Assembly (NCBI GenBank): GCA_017469445.1
Contig: JAFUGK010000014.1
Location: forward strand, 160,229 to 224,228
DNA: 64,000 bases
Direction: 5' to 3'
Source of the DNA: Clostridia bacterium
GTDB lineage: Bacteria > Bacillota > Clostridia > TANB77 > CAG-508
Shown: one piece after another, positions 25,907-34,089 of the stretch
How the letters are laid out: every line of letters begins with the position of its first letter
Numbering within the stretch: position 1 is the stretch's first letter
Made by a program: the position numbers and the translations under genes
The notes under the pieces: model-generated
The model's database searches: none
Told to the model about the DNA's origin: nothing
Seen by the model: only the letters and a program-made list of their open reading frames with translations

Positions 25907-27421
25907 TCATACTGTATCGCTACCAGAGGTCATTGCTACAAGTAAAAACTGAAACGAAAACCGTGTGCTAGCGATGTTTGTTCTCGATTCATCATTATAG
26001 CCACGAGTAGCTACTGGATAATAACCACCACTGTTGCCGTAAGATTCACCTCGTTCAACTCGATAGATTCCTGTTGAATATTTTTCTTGGGTCCATTCAG
26101 ATACATTTCCTGCTAAATCGTAAATATTATTTGCTTTCCAATATTCACTTGCTGCTACATTTTGATTTTCTCTATATGCCCATGGTGAATTGTTTGCTGG
26201 TGATATTGAATCAGAGTGATTTCCCCAATTTCTACTATCTGTTGCTGACAACTCTGTTGTATCTTCTATCCAACTTAGTACACTATCCCATTCTATTCCA
26301 TACATTAAATGTGTATTTGCTATACTATTTGCACTACTTGCTCTTATTGCATCTGTATCTTTACTTGAATTATTTTGCGCTATACTTACCCATTGTGTTT
26401 CTCCTCTTTTACTTTGTGCTACATTGCCTGTTCCTTGACTAGCTTCATAACGTGATATATAGAACCCTTTATTTGTATTTACACTACTTACCATATTAGT
26501 ATATTCTGTTGTACCTGTTTCTTCCCAATATGCATTTTCTGTTGATGTATCTGCTAATGTTTGTGTTTTTGTACTATTTTTATATGTCCATGTCCATGCC
26601 GTTCTTGCAAAATTGCTTGAACTTGGTATTGGTACCCATACAAATTCTTCCCCTGCTGCATTTTTTACTACTACACCTGCATTTATTTGTGCTGCTGTAA
26701 TACTACTCCATTGGGCTGCTGGCATTACACTCTTTACACTTCCATCCTCGCCTGGTGCACTTGTTGTTGAATTGCTTCCATTTAATATTGCTGGTGCAAA
26801 TCCTATTGGTATTACTATTTGTATGTTATTGGTTGCATCTGCTACTATTCTTGTGTTTACTGTAGCATATCCATTTTCATCTACACTTGCATTTTGTCCT
26901 GTACTTAATGTTGTTACTGGTACTCCCCATATTGCATATAATGTTAAATCTGATGTAACTTCTGCTCCTTCTGCATAACTTGTTCCACTTCCATCGGCTA
27001 GCGTATTCCATCCCCTAAATACTTTCCCACTTGGTGCTGTAAATCCATTTGTTCCTGTTGCTGATGCTGTTTCTGAATTCATTATTCCTGTTCCACCATT
27101 TGCATTATATGTTATTGTGTATGTTTGTGCTGGTGGTGTATCATCGTCATCATCATTTTCTGTTCCTCCAGCTTGTTCTCCTCCCATGTATTTTGCAAAT
27201 AAGTCTTTTACTTGGTTTAATACCTTTTGGTCTTCATCTGCTGATTTGTTATATCTTTCTACTGCATTATTTGCATTATCTATTATGCTAGTGTTTCCCG
27301 TTAATGTAGCTAGTGCTACTCCTGCTAGTATTAATAGCACTATTATTGTAATTACAAGTGCTATTAATGTTATACCTAAGTTATGTTTAAATATTTTTGT
27401 TTTTTCTTTTTGTTTATCCAT
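25907..27421 (-). CDS. Pilin-like-anchored protein with a Flg_new (Listeria-Bacteroides) repeat and a C-terminal FGE-sulfatase/C-lectin-fold domain; candidate DGR variable protein
   Basis: 504 aa. The N-terminus is KHNLGITLIALVITIIVLLILAGVA. The Flg_new repeat reads TYTITYNANGGTG...FRGWNTLADGSG...LTLYAIW. The FGE-type motifs are FYISRYEAS, MYGIEWDSVLSW, YDLAGNVSEWTQ and RGES. The RBS is AAAGGAG. Confidence 0.7.
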   Translation of the reverse strand: MDKQKEKTKIFKHNLGITLIALVITIIVLLILAGVALATLTGNTSIIDNANNAVERYNKSADEDQKVLNQVKDLFAKYMGGEQAGGTENDDDDDTPPAQTYTITYNANGGTGIMNSETASATGTNGFTAPSGKVFRGWNTLADGSGTSYAEGAEVTSDLTLYAIWGVPVTTLSTGQNASVDENGYATVNTRIVADATNNIQIVIPIGFAPAILNGSNSTTSAPGEDGSVKSVMPAAQWSSITAAQINAGVVVKNAAGEEFVWVPIPSSSNFARTAWTWTYKNSTKTQTLADTSTENAYWEETGTTEYTNMVSSVNTNKGFYISRYEASQGTGNVAQSKRGETQWVSIAQNNSSKDTDAIRASSANSIANTHLMYGIEWDSVLSWIEDTTELSATDSRNWGNHSDSISPANNSPWAYRENQNVAASEYWKANNIYDLAGNVSEWTQEKYSTGIYRVERGESYGNSGGYYPVATRGYNDESRTNIASTRFSFQFLLVAMTSGSDTV

Positions 27422-27554
27422 TTTTATCTCCTTTCTTTTGTTGTGCGTTTGCTTATTTAAAATATGTTTCTCAATTTTTTTCCATTATACACATATTTAT
27501 TTATTTATTTTTTTCTGCAATAGTTTTTTATTAATTTATGTATAACTAAAATTA

Positions 27555-27576
27555 GTGAAAAATAATTGTGTTTTTC
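27555..27576. repeat. 22-bp perfect direct repeat, left copy (gtgaaaaataattgtgtttttc)
   Basis: It is identical to 25739-25760, and the two copies are 1816 bp apart. Confidence 0.85.
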
Positions 27577-27595
27577 CATGAAAAAGTCATATTTC

Positions 27596-27695
27596 AAAGT
27601 TATCTCCTTATCTTATTTAGGTAACACTGTAGCCCAACGTAGGCGATGCGGCATGACCCCATCGCCGGCTAAGATTGGGCGGACTTTTGTGCTAT
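27596..27695 (-). repeat. P3 GC-rich two-stem element, copy a (candidate structured RNA or recombination site), directly after the KAP NTPase stop
   Basis: The outer stem is gcccaa (27632-37) / ttgggc (27675-80). The inner stem is ggcgatg (27642-48) / catcgcc (27660-66). The flanks aaagttatctccttat and gggcggac.ttt.tg are shared with the copy at 35980-36094. Confidence 0.65.
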
Positions 27696-27728
27696 TTTTA
27701 ACGAGCAATGTACGCCCCTACATTTATA

Positions 27729-29711
27729 TCAGTCTACTTCTTCTACAACTTGTGTTATTGATGGTACATCAACATTGTACTTAGCCAAAATTTTTTCTAA
27801 ATCTTTAGAAAGTTCTTTTAACATAACAATTTTAATACCAATTTCTTTTCCTTCAATATAGTTATCTACAACAGTTTTTAGTTTCTTTATGTTTTCCATT
27901 TCTGGTTCTATTTCATTTTTGTGCTTCTCTACTCTTCTCATTAGCATCTCACGTATTGTAACAATATCTTCATTGTTAGCACATGAAATTCTTTGGAACA
28001 TTTGGTATACATCATAATACTTAAATATTGGTATATCCATACATTCTTGGTCAAATCTTGCAAAAAATGTTTCCATTCTCATTGGTATACATTTGAATAT
28101 ATCTTCAGCTTTTTCTTTATACATTTTGTCTTTTAAAGTTTGATTTATCATTTCAAAATGATCCAATATTTCTTTTATGTCTGATGTTACATTTGTTAGC
28201 CCTATTTGTGCTAATTGTTCATTTACATTATCACAATATGTTGATGTTAATGACGCAACATTCATTCCATTTAAAAAAGTAGTTTTAACTGTTCTCATAT
28301 CATATTTAATTAAATTCTTATCTATAAAGTATGTGAAGTACACAAATAGTTTTACCATGTCTATAACTTCTATTTGACCATTTTTAACAGTTTCCATTAC
28401 TTCATCTATTACGCCTTCAAATTGATCATCTGCAATTTTCCAATATTCTTCAGTAAGCAAGCGCTTATATCCAGGTAATTTTTCTGTATCTATTGTATTT
28501 ATAATAACTTCCATATCATTTTTGAAAGTTTTCATATCAAATATTCTTGTACGCACATATATTTCGATAAATTTAAAGAATCTATATTCAGCTTTGAAAT
28601 TGTAATAGTAATTATTATCAAATTCTTTTATATAAAATTGTCTATTATCCATTAAAACCCTTGATGAAACTAATATTGCTTTATACTCCTCGTTATTCTC
28701 AATGTTTACAAATTTATCTTTTGTTATTTTACCTGCTTTAATCTCAAAAGATACAGCTATTGTAAATATTAGCATTGTTTTCAATACTTTTAAGTTTGTA
28801 TTTGGATAATATTTATTTACCATTTCGAATATTTTTCTAAAATCATTTAATGCATGTTTTAAAATTCTTAAGTTTCTTGTTCCACTCTTGTTAAAAGTAG
28901 AAAGAATTAACTGAACATTTTCTCGTAAAAACCTTATTAAATCTGGATTTACTTCGTATCGCATTAACAATCCATTTATTATATACGTAAATTCTGGAGC
29001 ATATTCAAAAGTTTCACCTATAAGCTTTTCTTTTATTCTTTCATAATCATTTGCTTTGTCGAAAACATATTCTATTTTATCTCGTATTTTTTCAACCATT
29101 GGCTTATCTGTTTTTGCTAAATCGCCTTCTTTATCTAATAGATAAGTTGCAATAAATGTTTTCATTTCTAAGTTACTACTTTTTAATTTTGTAGATAATT
29201 CTTTTTCATTACATATTATTATTGTTTTAATATGGTCATGTTCAACAAAATTATTTATATATCCTAGTATATCTATAACGTCTACATTTGCCCTCTCCAA
29301 GTCATCAAAGCAAAGAACTTTATCATCAGTAGAGAAGAAATTAGCATAATCTATTCTATCTCCATTTTGTGTTACGCCAAAGAAGTTTGCCATATCCAAT
29401 CCTGTTTTTGCATATTCTGGTATTGTTGTTTGGTTATGTGCATTCATATATTTTTTTAAATTCTTATCCATTAATTGTGTTGTTTCAATAAATATTTTTT
29501 TGCTTATATCTTCAAGGTTTGATATTCCATAAAGTGACATATATATTGTTGTATATTGTTTTCCATTTAATTCTAATGATTCTATTTTATTTCTAATTTT
29601 ATTGTTCCAAAAGTATGTTTTTCCGCTTCCCCACTCACCATTAATCATTATTGCATAATCTGTATATTCAGCTCTTACATAATCTAATATGCTTTCTACT
29701 AAATCCTCCAC
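27729..29711 (-). CDS. KAP-family P-loop NTPase (soluble form, no obvious TM insert)
   Basis: 660 aa. Walker A is INGEWGSGKTYFWNN and Walker B is VLCFDDLERAN, followed by a long helical C-terminal region. A GTG start with the RBS AAAGGAGG lies 17 nt after the comFC stop. Confidence 0.7.
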   Translation of the reverse strand: MEDLVESILDYVRAEYTDYAIMINGEWGSGKTYFWNNKIRNKIESLELNGKQYTTIYMSLYGISNLEDISKKIFIETTQLMDKNLKKYMNAHNQTTIPEYAKTGLDMANFFGVTQNGDRIDYANFFSTDDKVLCFDDLERANVDVIDILGYINNFVEHDHIKTIIICNEKELSTKLKSSNLEMKTFIATYLLDKEGDLAKTDKPMVEKIRDKIEYVFDKANDYERIKEKLIGETFEYAPEFTYIINGLLMRYEVNPDLIRFLRENVQLILSTFNKSGTRNLRILKHALNDFRKIFEMVNKYYPNTNLKVLKTMLIFTIAVSFEIKAGKITKDKFVNIENNEEYKAILVSSRVLMDNRQFYIKEFDNNYYYNFKAEYRFFKFIEIYVRTRIFDMKTFKNDMEVIINTIDTEKLPGYKRLLTEEYWKIADDQFEGVIDEVMETVKNGQIEVIDMVKLFVYFTYFIDKNLIKYDMRTVKTTFLNGMNVASLTSTYCDNVNEQLAQIGLTNVTSDIKEILDHFEMINQTLKDKMYKEKAEDIFKCIPMRMETFFARFDQECMDIPIFKYYDVYQMFQRISCANNEDIVTIREMLMRRVEKHKNEIEPEMENIKKLKTVVDNYIEGKEIGIKIVMLKELSKDLEKILAKYNVDVPSITQVVEEVD

Positions 29712-29728
29712 TTTATCTTTTCCTCCTT

Positions 29729-30370
29729 TTAATCTTTTGCTATTGTTAAAACTGCTACTTCTAATGCTCCCGCTTGTTTTAACACCTTAGAGCATTCATT
29801 TACAGTACTTCCTGTTGTATATATATCGTCTATAAGTAGAACTTTTTTATTATTTATTTTTTCTGCATTTTTAACCATATATACATTTTTTACATTATTT
29901 ATTCTATCTGCCTTATTTAAATTCATTTGTGCGACATTATATTTTGTTTTTTCTAATGAATTTTTCACTTCTTGTATTTCAAGTTCTCGTGCTAGATAAG
30001 AGCATAAAAGTCCACTTTGGTTATATCCTCTTTCTTTTTTTCTTTTTTTGTGTATCGGAACTGAAGTTATTATATCATATTTTTTTATAAATCTACATAT
30101 TTTTTTATTTTTAATTATAATCTCCGCAAAAGTCCTATATAGGTATGCTTTATCATTAAATTTATAGTCAATTATTTTATCTCTTATCATTCCTTTATAC
30201 TCAAACATATATGCATGATACGCAAAATTCTTATTGGATATCTTTCTTATTTCAGCTTTTGTAATTTCTTTTAATTTAATATTACATTTAGGGCATAAAC
30301 TATTTTTATTTATTTTTCCGCAAATACCACAAACATTTGGAAAAATAAATTCTAATATTTTTTCTAGCAT
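29729..30370 (-). CDS. comFC: ComF-family (ComFC) phosphoribosyltransferase-like competence protein
   Basis: The N-terminal zinc finger is CGICG...CPKC. The PRTase motif is KVLLIDDIYTTGSTV. I prefer the ATG at 30370. Confidence 0.8.
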   Translation of the reverse strand: MLEKILEFIFPNVCGICGKINKNSLCPKCNIKLKEITKAEIRKISNKNFAYHAYMFEYKGMIRDKIIDYKFNDKAYLYRTFAEIIIKNKKICRFIKKYDIITSVPIHKKRKKERGYNQSGLLCSYLARELEIQEVKNSLEKTKYNVAQMNLNKADRINNVKNVYMVKNAEKINNKKVLLIDDIYTTGSTVNECSKVLKQAGALEVAVLTIAKD

Positions 30371-30397
30371 AAAATTCCTTTCTGCCCCCAATAAATT

Positions 30398-32620
30398 TTA
30401 AAAATTATTCATTAAATTATTTCTTAATTTATATTCTAATCCTGTATTTCTTTCTTTTATATCAGCATTTTGTACCATAAAGTTTACAGTATCTTTTCCC
30501 CCTATAACTATTAGTAGTTTTTTTGCTCTAGTCAAAGCTGTATAAAGCAAATTACGTGTAAGTAACATTTGGTATGCTTTTGGTAATACTAATATTACAA
30601 CATCAAATTCGCTTCCTTGAGATTTATGTATTGTTATTGCATATGCATGTTCTATTTGGTCTAACTCGCTATAACTATACATAGCTTGTTTTTCATCATC
30701 AAACTCTATTTTTACATATTTTTCTTTATGGTTTATTTCTACTATTTTTCCTATTTCTCCATTAAAAATTCCTACACCTGTTTCATATTTTTCTGCATTT
30801 TTCTCCCAATATATATCATAGTTATTCTTAATTTGCATTACTCTGTCGCCTTCTCTATACATTGTTTCTCCATACGCTTTTTCGTTTTTCAAATCACTTT
30901 CTGGATTTAATGCAGATTGAAGCTTTTTATTTAATTCTTTTGTTCCTAGCATTCCTTTTTTGGTTGGTGTTAATACTTGTATATTTTCAAAGAAATCATA
31001 ATTACCATATTTTTTTAATCTTCCTGTAGATAGTGAAATAACTGTTTCTAATATGCTTTCTTGAATAGGATTGTTTATATAGAAAAAGTCTTCCTGTTCT
31101 TCTTCACTTTTTTCTCTTCCTATAAATGTTGTTCCATTATTTACATTATGTGCGTTTACTACAATTTGGCTTTTAGCAGCTTGCCTAAATATTTTCTTTA
31201 AACTTACAGTTGGAATTTTTTCTGATGCAATTATATCTTTAAGTACAGATCCTGGTCCTACAGATGGAAGCTGATTTTCGTCTCCAACTAGTATTAGTTT
31301 TGTTCCTAAATAAATAGCTTTCATTAGATAATTCATTATATATACATCTACCATAGACATTTCATCTATTATAATTATGTCTGCATCTATTGGTGCTACA
31401 TCATATTCTATCATATTTCTGTCTTCTTCTAGTTTTCCAATTTCTAAAAGTCTATGTATAGTTTTAGCTTCTTCACCTGTTGTTTCTTGCATTCTTTTTG
31501 CAGCTCGTCCCGTTGGTGCACAAAGTACCGCCTTTTTGTTCTGTGCTTTATATATTTCAATTATGTTTTTTATTATAGTAGTTTTTCCTGTTCCAGGTCC
31601 ACCTGTTATAATACAAACATTATTATCATTTACAAGCTCTATTGCTTCTTTTTGTTCCTCTGAAAGTATTATATCTAATGCTTTTTCTTGTTTTAAAATT
31701 TCTGCTTTTATATTTTGTATTTTTTTGGTATTCTTAGATTTTTGAAGTCTTAATAGTTTTTCTGCAATGTTTTCTTCTGCAGTATATGCAGTATATAAAT
31801 ACATCCATGTATATTCTTCTCGTATTTCTTCTACAATTTGTTTTTTTGCTTTTAAATTGATTATTGCTTCTTCTACACTTTCTTTGCTGACTCCCGTTAA
31901 ATCCATAACAAATACAATTAAATTTTCTTTTAATGCACAGGTATGCCCATTATTTCCAATTAAATTTAAGGCATACTTTATTGCGCTTCCGATTCTACTA
32001 GAGCTGTTTATATCTATACCTATTTCAAGTGCCATTTTATCTATTTTCTTAAAATCTACTCCATATGTTATATCTACTAATATGTATGGGTTTTCTTTTA
32101 TTTTTTCTACTGCATTTGTACCTAGTTCGTCATATACTTTTTTGCAACTCGAAGCACTTATTCCAAATTGCTCTAAAAATCCTACTATTTGCCATAATTC
32201 CCATTTTTCATTAAATTCCGCAACTATATCTTCTGCTCTTTCATACGTAATTCCTTTAATTTGGCAAAGTCTATTAGGGTTTTCACGAAGTATTTCTAAA
32301 GTTTCTTTTCCAAAAGTTGATACTATTTTTTTTGCAGTTGCTGGTCCTACTCCTTTTATTACACCACCTGCTAAGTATCTTTCTAAGCCATCTAAAGTTT
32401 CTGGCATACATTTTTCAAAAGTTTCTATTTTAAATTGCTCTCCATATTCTTTATGTACAACATAATTCCCTGTTATTTTTAATGTATCTCCAACATTTAT
32501 AAATGGCAAATATCCTACAGCTGTAATTAATTCTTCGTCATTTATATAAAATTCACAAATACTATATCCATTTACTTCATTTTGATATATAAATTCTCCA
32601 ACTTGCCCTTTTAATTCCAT
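30398..32620 (-). CDS. recD2: RecD2-type ATP-dependent 5-prime to 3-prime DNA helicase
   Basis: 740 aa. It has HhH-like GVGPATAKKIV, Walker A ITGGPGTGKTT, DEMSMVD, and the C-terminal AITIHKSQGSEF and LLYTALTRAKK. Confidence 0.9.
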   Translation of the reverse strand: MELKGQVGEFIYQNEVNGYSICEFYINDEELITAVGYLPFINVGDTLKITGNYVVHKEYGEQFKIETFEKCMPETLDGLERYLAGGVIKGVGPATAKKIVSTFGKETLEILRENPNRLCQIKGITYERAEDIVAEFNEKWELWQIVGFLEQFGISASSCKKVYDELGTNAVEKIKENPYILVDITYGVDFKKIDKMALEIGIDINSSSRIGSAIKYALNLIGNNGHTCALKENLIVFVMDLTGVSKESVEEAIINLKAKKQIVEEIREEYTWMYLYTAYTAEENIAEKLLRLQKSKNTKKIQNIKAEILKQEKALDIILSEEQKEAIELVNDNNVCIITGGPGTGKTTIIKNIIEIYKAQNKKAVLCAPTGRAAKRMQETTGEEAKTIHRLLEIGKLEEDRNMIEYDVAPIDADIIIIDEMSMVDVYIMNYLMKAIYLGTKLILVGDENQLPSVGPGSVLKDIIASEKIPTVSLKKIFRQAAKSQIVVNAHNVNNGTTFIGREKSEEEQEDFFYINNPIQESILETVISLSTGRLKKYGNYDFFENIQVLTPTKKGMLGTKELNKKLQSALNPESDLKNEKAYGETMYREGDRVMQIKNNYDIYWEKNAEKYETGVGIFNGEIGKIVEINHKEKYVKIEFDDEKQAMYSYSELDQIEHAYAITIHKSQGSEFDVVILVLPKAYQMLLTRNLLYTALTRAKKLLIVIGGKDTVNFMVQNADIKERNTGLEYKLRNNLMNNF

Positions 32621-32657
32621 CTAATTCCTCTTTTCGATTTTCTTTTTATTAGTTATA

Positions 32658-33011
32658 TCATTTATTATTAATTTTTTCAATCACTTCTTTGCATTCCTTC
32701 CAACTTAATACTTCTATCATTTCATAATCTTTCTTTATTTTACTAAGTATTGCTACAGTATCATCTGTTGATCCTAAATCTGCTACTATGATATTATCTA
32801 TATTTTCTTCTTTTCCATATATAAATCTGAAAAGTAAACTTCGTAAAACACCTTCTATTTTTTCTTCTTGGTTTTTAACAGCCAGAATAAGATAAATTCC
32901 ATTGTTTCTACATTTTGTATTTATAAATGTAAAATATATAGTTTTTATTATTTCTATAAATCCATAAATAGCAAGCACCCATAATATACCGAATAATATA
33001 AAATCAAACAT
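32658..33011 (-). CDS. Small membrane-anchored hypothetical protein
   Basis: 117 aa with an N-terminal TM helix. There is weak resemblance to the first strands of a GT2 fold (ILAVKNQEEKIEGVLRSL, VADLGSTDDT). It is too short for a confident call. Confidence 0.3.
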   Translation of the reverse strand: MFDFILFGILWVLAIYGFIEIIKTIYFTFINTKCRNNGIYLILAVKNQEEKIEGVLRSLLFRFIYGKEENIDNIIVADLGSTDDTVAILSKIKKDYEMIEVLSWKECKEVIEKINNK

Positions 33012-33071
33012 TTTTTCCTCCGGTATATTTTATTCGATTATATTAAAATGGTTACACCTGCTTTTTGGGAT

Positions 33072-33140
33072 GCTTTTGGGGACACCTACCGAAAACAGAT
33101 TGGATTTTCCAAGCTGTTTTCGGTAGGTGTCCCCAAAAGC
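33072..33140. repeat. P2 palindromic repeat, copy b, 5 nt after the hydrolase stop
   Basis: gcttttggggacacctaccgaaaacagattgga ttt tccaagctgttttcggtaggtgtccccaaaagc. There is one mismatch near the loop. Its orientation is opposite to copy a, judged from the loop. Confidence 0.85.
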
Positions 33141-33144
33141 ATTA

Positions 33145-34038
33145 TTATTTGCCCTGTAAAAATTCAACTATTTCATCTGCTAGTTCTTGTTCATGTTCTG
33201 CATATCCATGGTTTGCACCTGGTATATATCCTATATCTAATTTTTTATTATTTACTTTGTTTTTCACTATTTCAACTAATTTTGAAGCTTTTTGTTCTAT
33301 CATTTCAAAAGTATCTCCCCATCTCATAAATAGAGGTATTTGTATGTTATTAAGCTCTGGATATTCATATTCTTCGTCCCAATATCTAGCAAAATCTATT
33401 GGGTTAAATTCATTATTAAAGTATTTTAAATATGTTCTAACACTCATTGGATGTATAAAGCTATCTAGTGGCATTAATTCATCTGCTTTTCCTTGTTCTT
33501 TTTTCTCTAAAGCATATTCTAAAACCTCATCAAATCTTTCTCCTAAATATACTTTTTGAACTCTTGGTATATCTATTAAGGAAAGTAAAATTACTGATTT
33601 GATTTTATTTAAGTATTCCTTTTCATTGTTATTTTTTAATTTGTTATACGTATATACAATTTTTGTACATCCTAAACTATGACCTTGTAAATATATTTCT
33701 TCATAATTATGTCTTATCATCTCATCTATTGCTGCTTTTATATCATAATATGAATCTTCAATATTTTCGTAAGCTGTTCCTGCTTTTTCTTTTGTATATG
33801 TTCCAGTTTTAAATGTAGTAAAATATGATATTACATCATGTCCCCTATTATTAAATGTAAAATAATCTATTCCGTTTTCAAGCATAGTTTTTGCTACTAT
33901 ATCATCCCTTCTTCTTAAGCAATTGCTTGTCATACCATGTATAGATATTACTACTTTCTTACTATTATTATTTGTATGCAATAATCCTACTAATTCTGCT
34001 TTATCTTCTGTTTCAAAAAATATTTTTTCTAAGTTCAT
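33145..34038 (-). CDS. Alpha/beta-fold hydrolase
   Basis: 297 aa. The nucleophile elbow is GHSLGC and the oxyanion region is VISIHGMTSN. Confidence 0.65.
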   Translation of the reverse strand: MNLEKIFFETEDKAELVGLLHTNNNSKKVVISIHGMTSNCLRRRDDIVAKTMLENGIDYFTFNNRGHDVISYFTTFKTGTYTKEKAGTAYENIEDSYYDIKAAIDEMIRHNYEEIYLQGHSLGCTKIVYTYNKLKNNNEKEYLNKIKSVILLSLIDIPRVQKVYLGERFDEVLEYALEKKEQGKADELMPLDSFIHPMSVRTYLKYFNNEFNPIDFARYWDEEYEYPELNNIQIPLFMRWGDTFEMIEQKASKLVEIVKNKVNNKKLDIGYIPGANHGYAEHEQELADEIVEFLQGK

Positions 34039-34089
34039 TTTTTATTTCCCTCTTTTTTATGTTTTTATACAACAATTAATATATAAAAT

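Noticed and set aside
27552-27590. The mini-ORF MTFSWKNTIIFH after the P3a RBS as a real peptide gene.
   Set aside because: It is only 12 codons and overlaps the 22-bp direct repeat. It has no counterpart after P3b, where the same RBS is followed by the CTG-initiated P1 box. It is more likely a by-product of the repeat sequence, so it is mentioned only as context in the findings.
27632-27680. P3 element as an integron attC site. On the minus strand it reads GCCCAAT-spacer-GGCGATG...CATCGCC-TAC-GTTGGGC, which mimics the R''-L''...L'-R' layout with GTTRRRY at the 3-prime end.
   Set aside because: I found only two copies, 8.4 kb apart. They are separated by seven genes, including core recD2 and comFC, rather than by single promoterless cassettes. 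There is no intI-like tyrosine recombinase or attI in the window. The R'' box ends in AAT rather than AAC. I kept the element as a structural observation, but integron identity is not supported from this window.
31767-32465. Long antisense ORFs in the six-frame track: 31767-32465 (+, 232 aa), 21443-22081 (+, 212 aa), 24324-24953 (+, 209 aa), 52613-53143 (-, 176 aa) and 11517-11981 (+, 154 aa).
   Set aside because: Each lies fully opposite a confidently identified gene (recD2, autolysin, tsf/rpsB, mgtA, DUF5050-like gene). They have Ser/Phe/Ile-rich low-complexity translations typical of shadow frames. They lack RBS or promoter context. One spans an intergenic gap only because the flanking acidic codons are stop-free in antisense.
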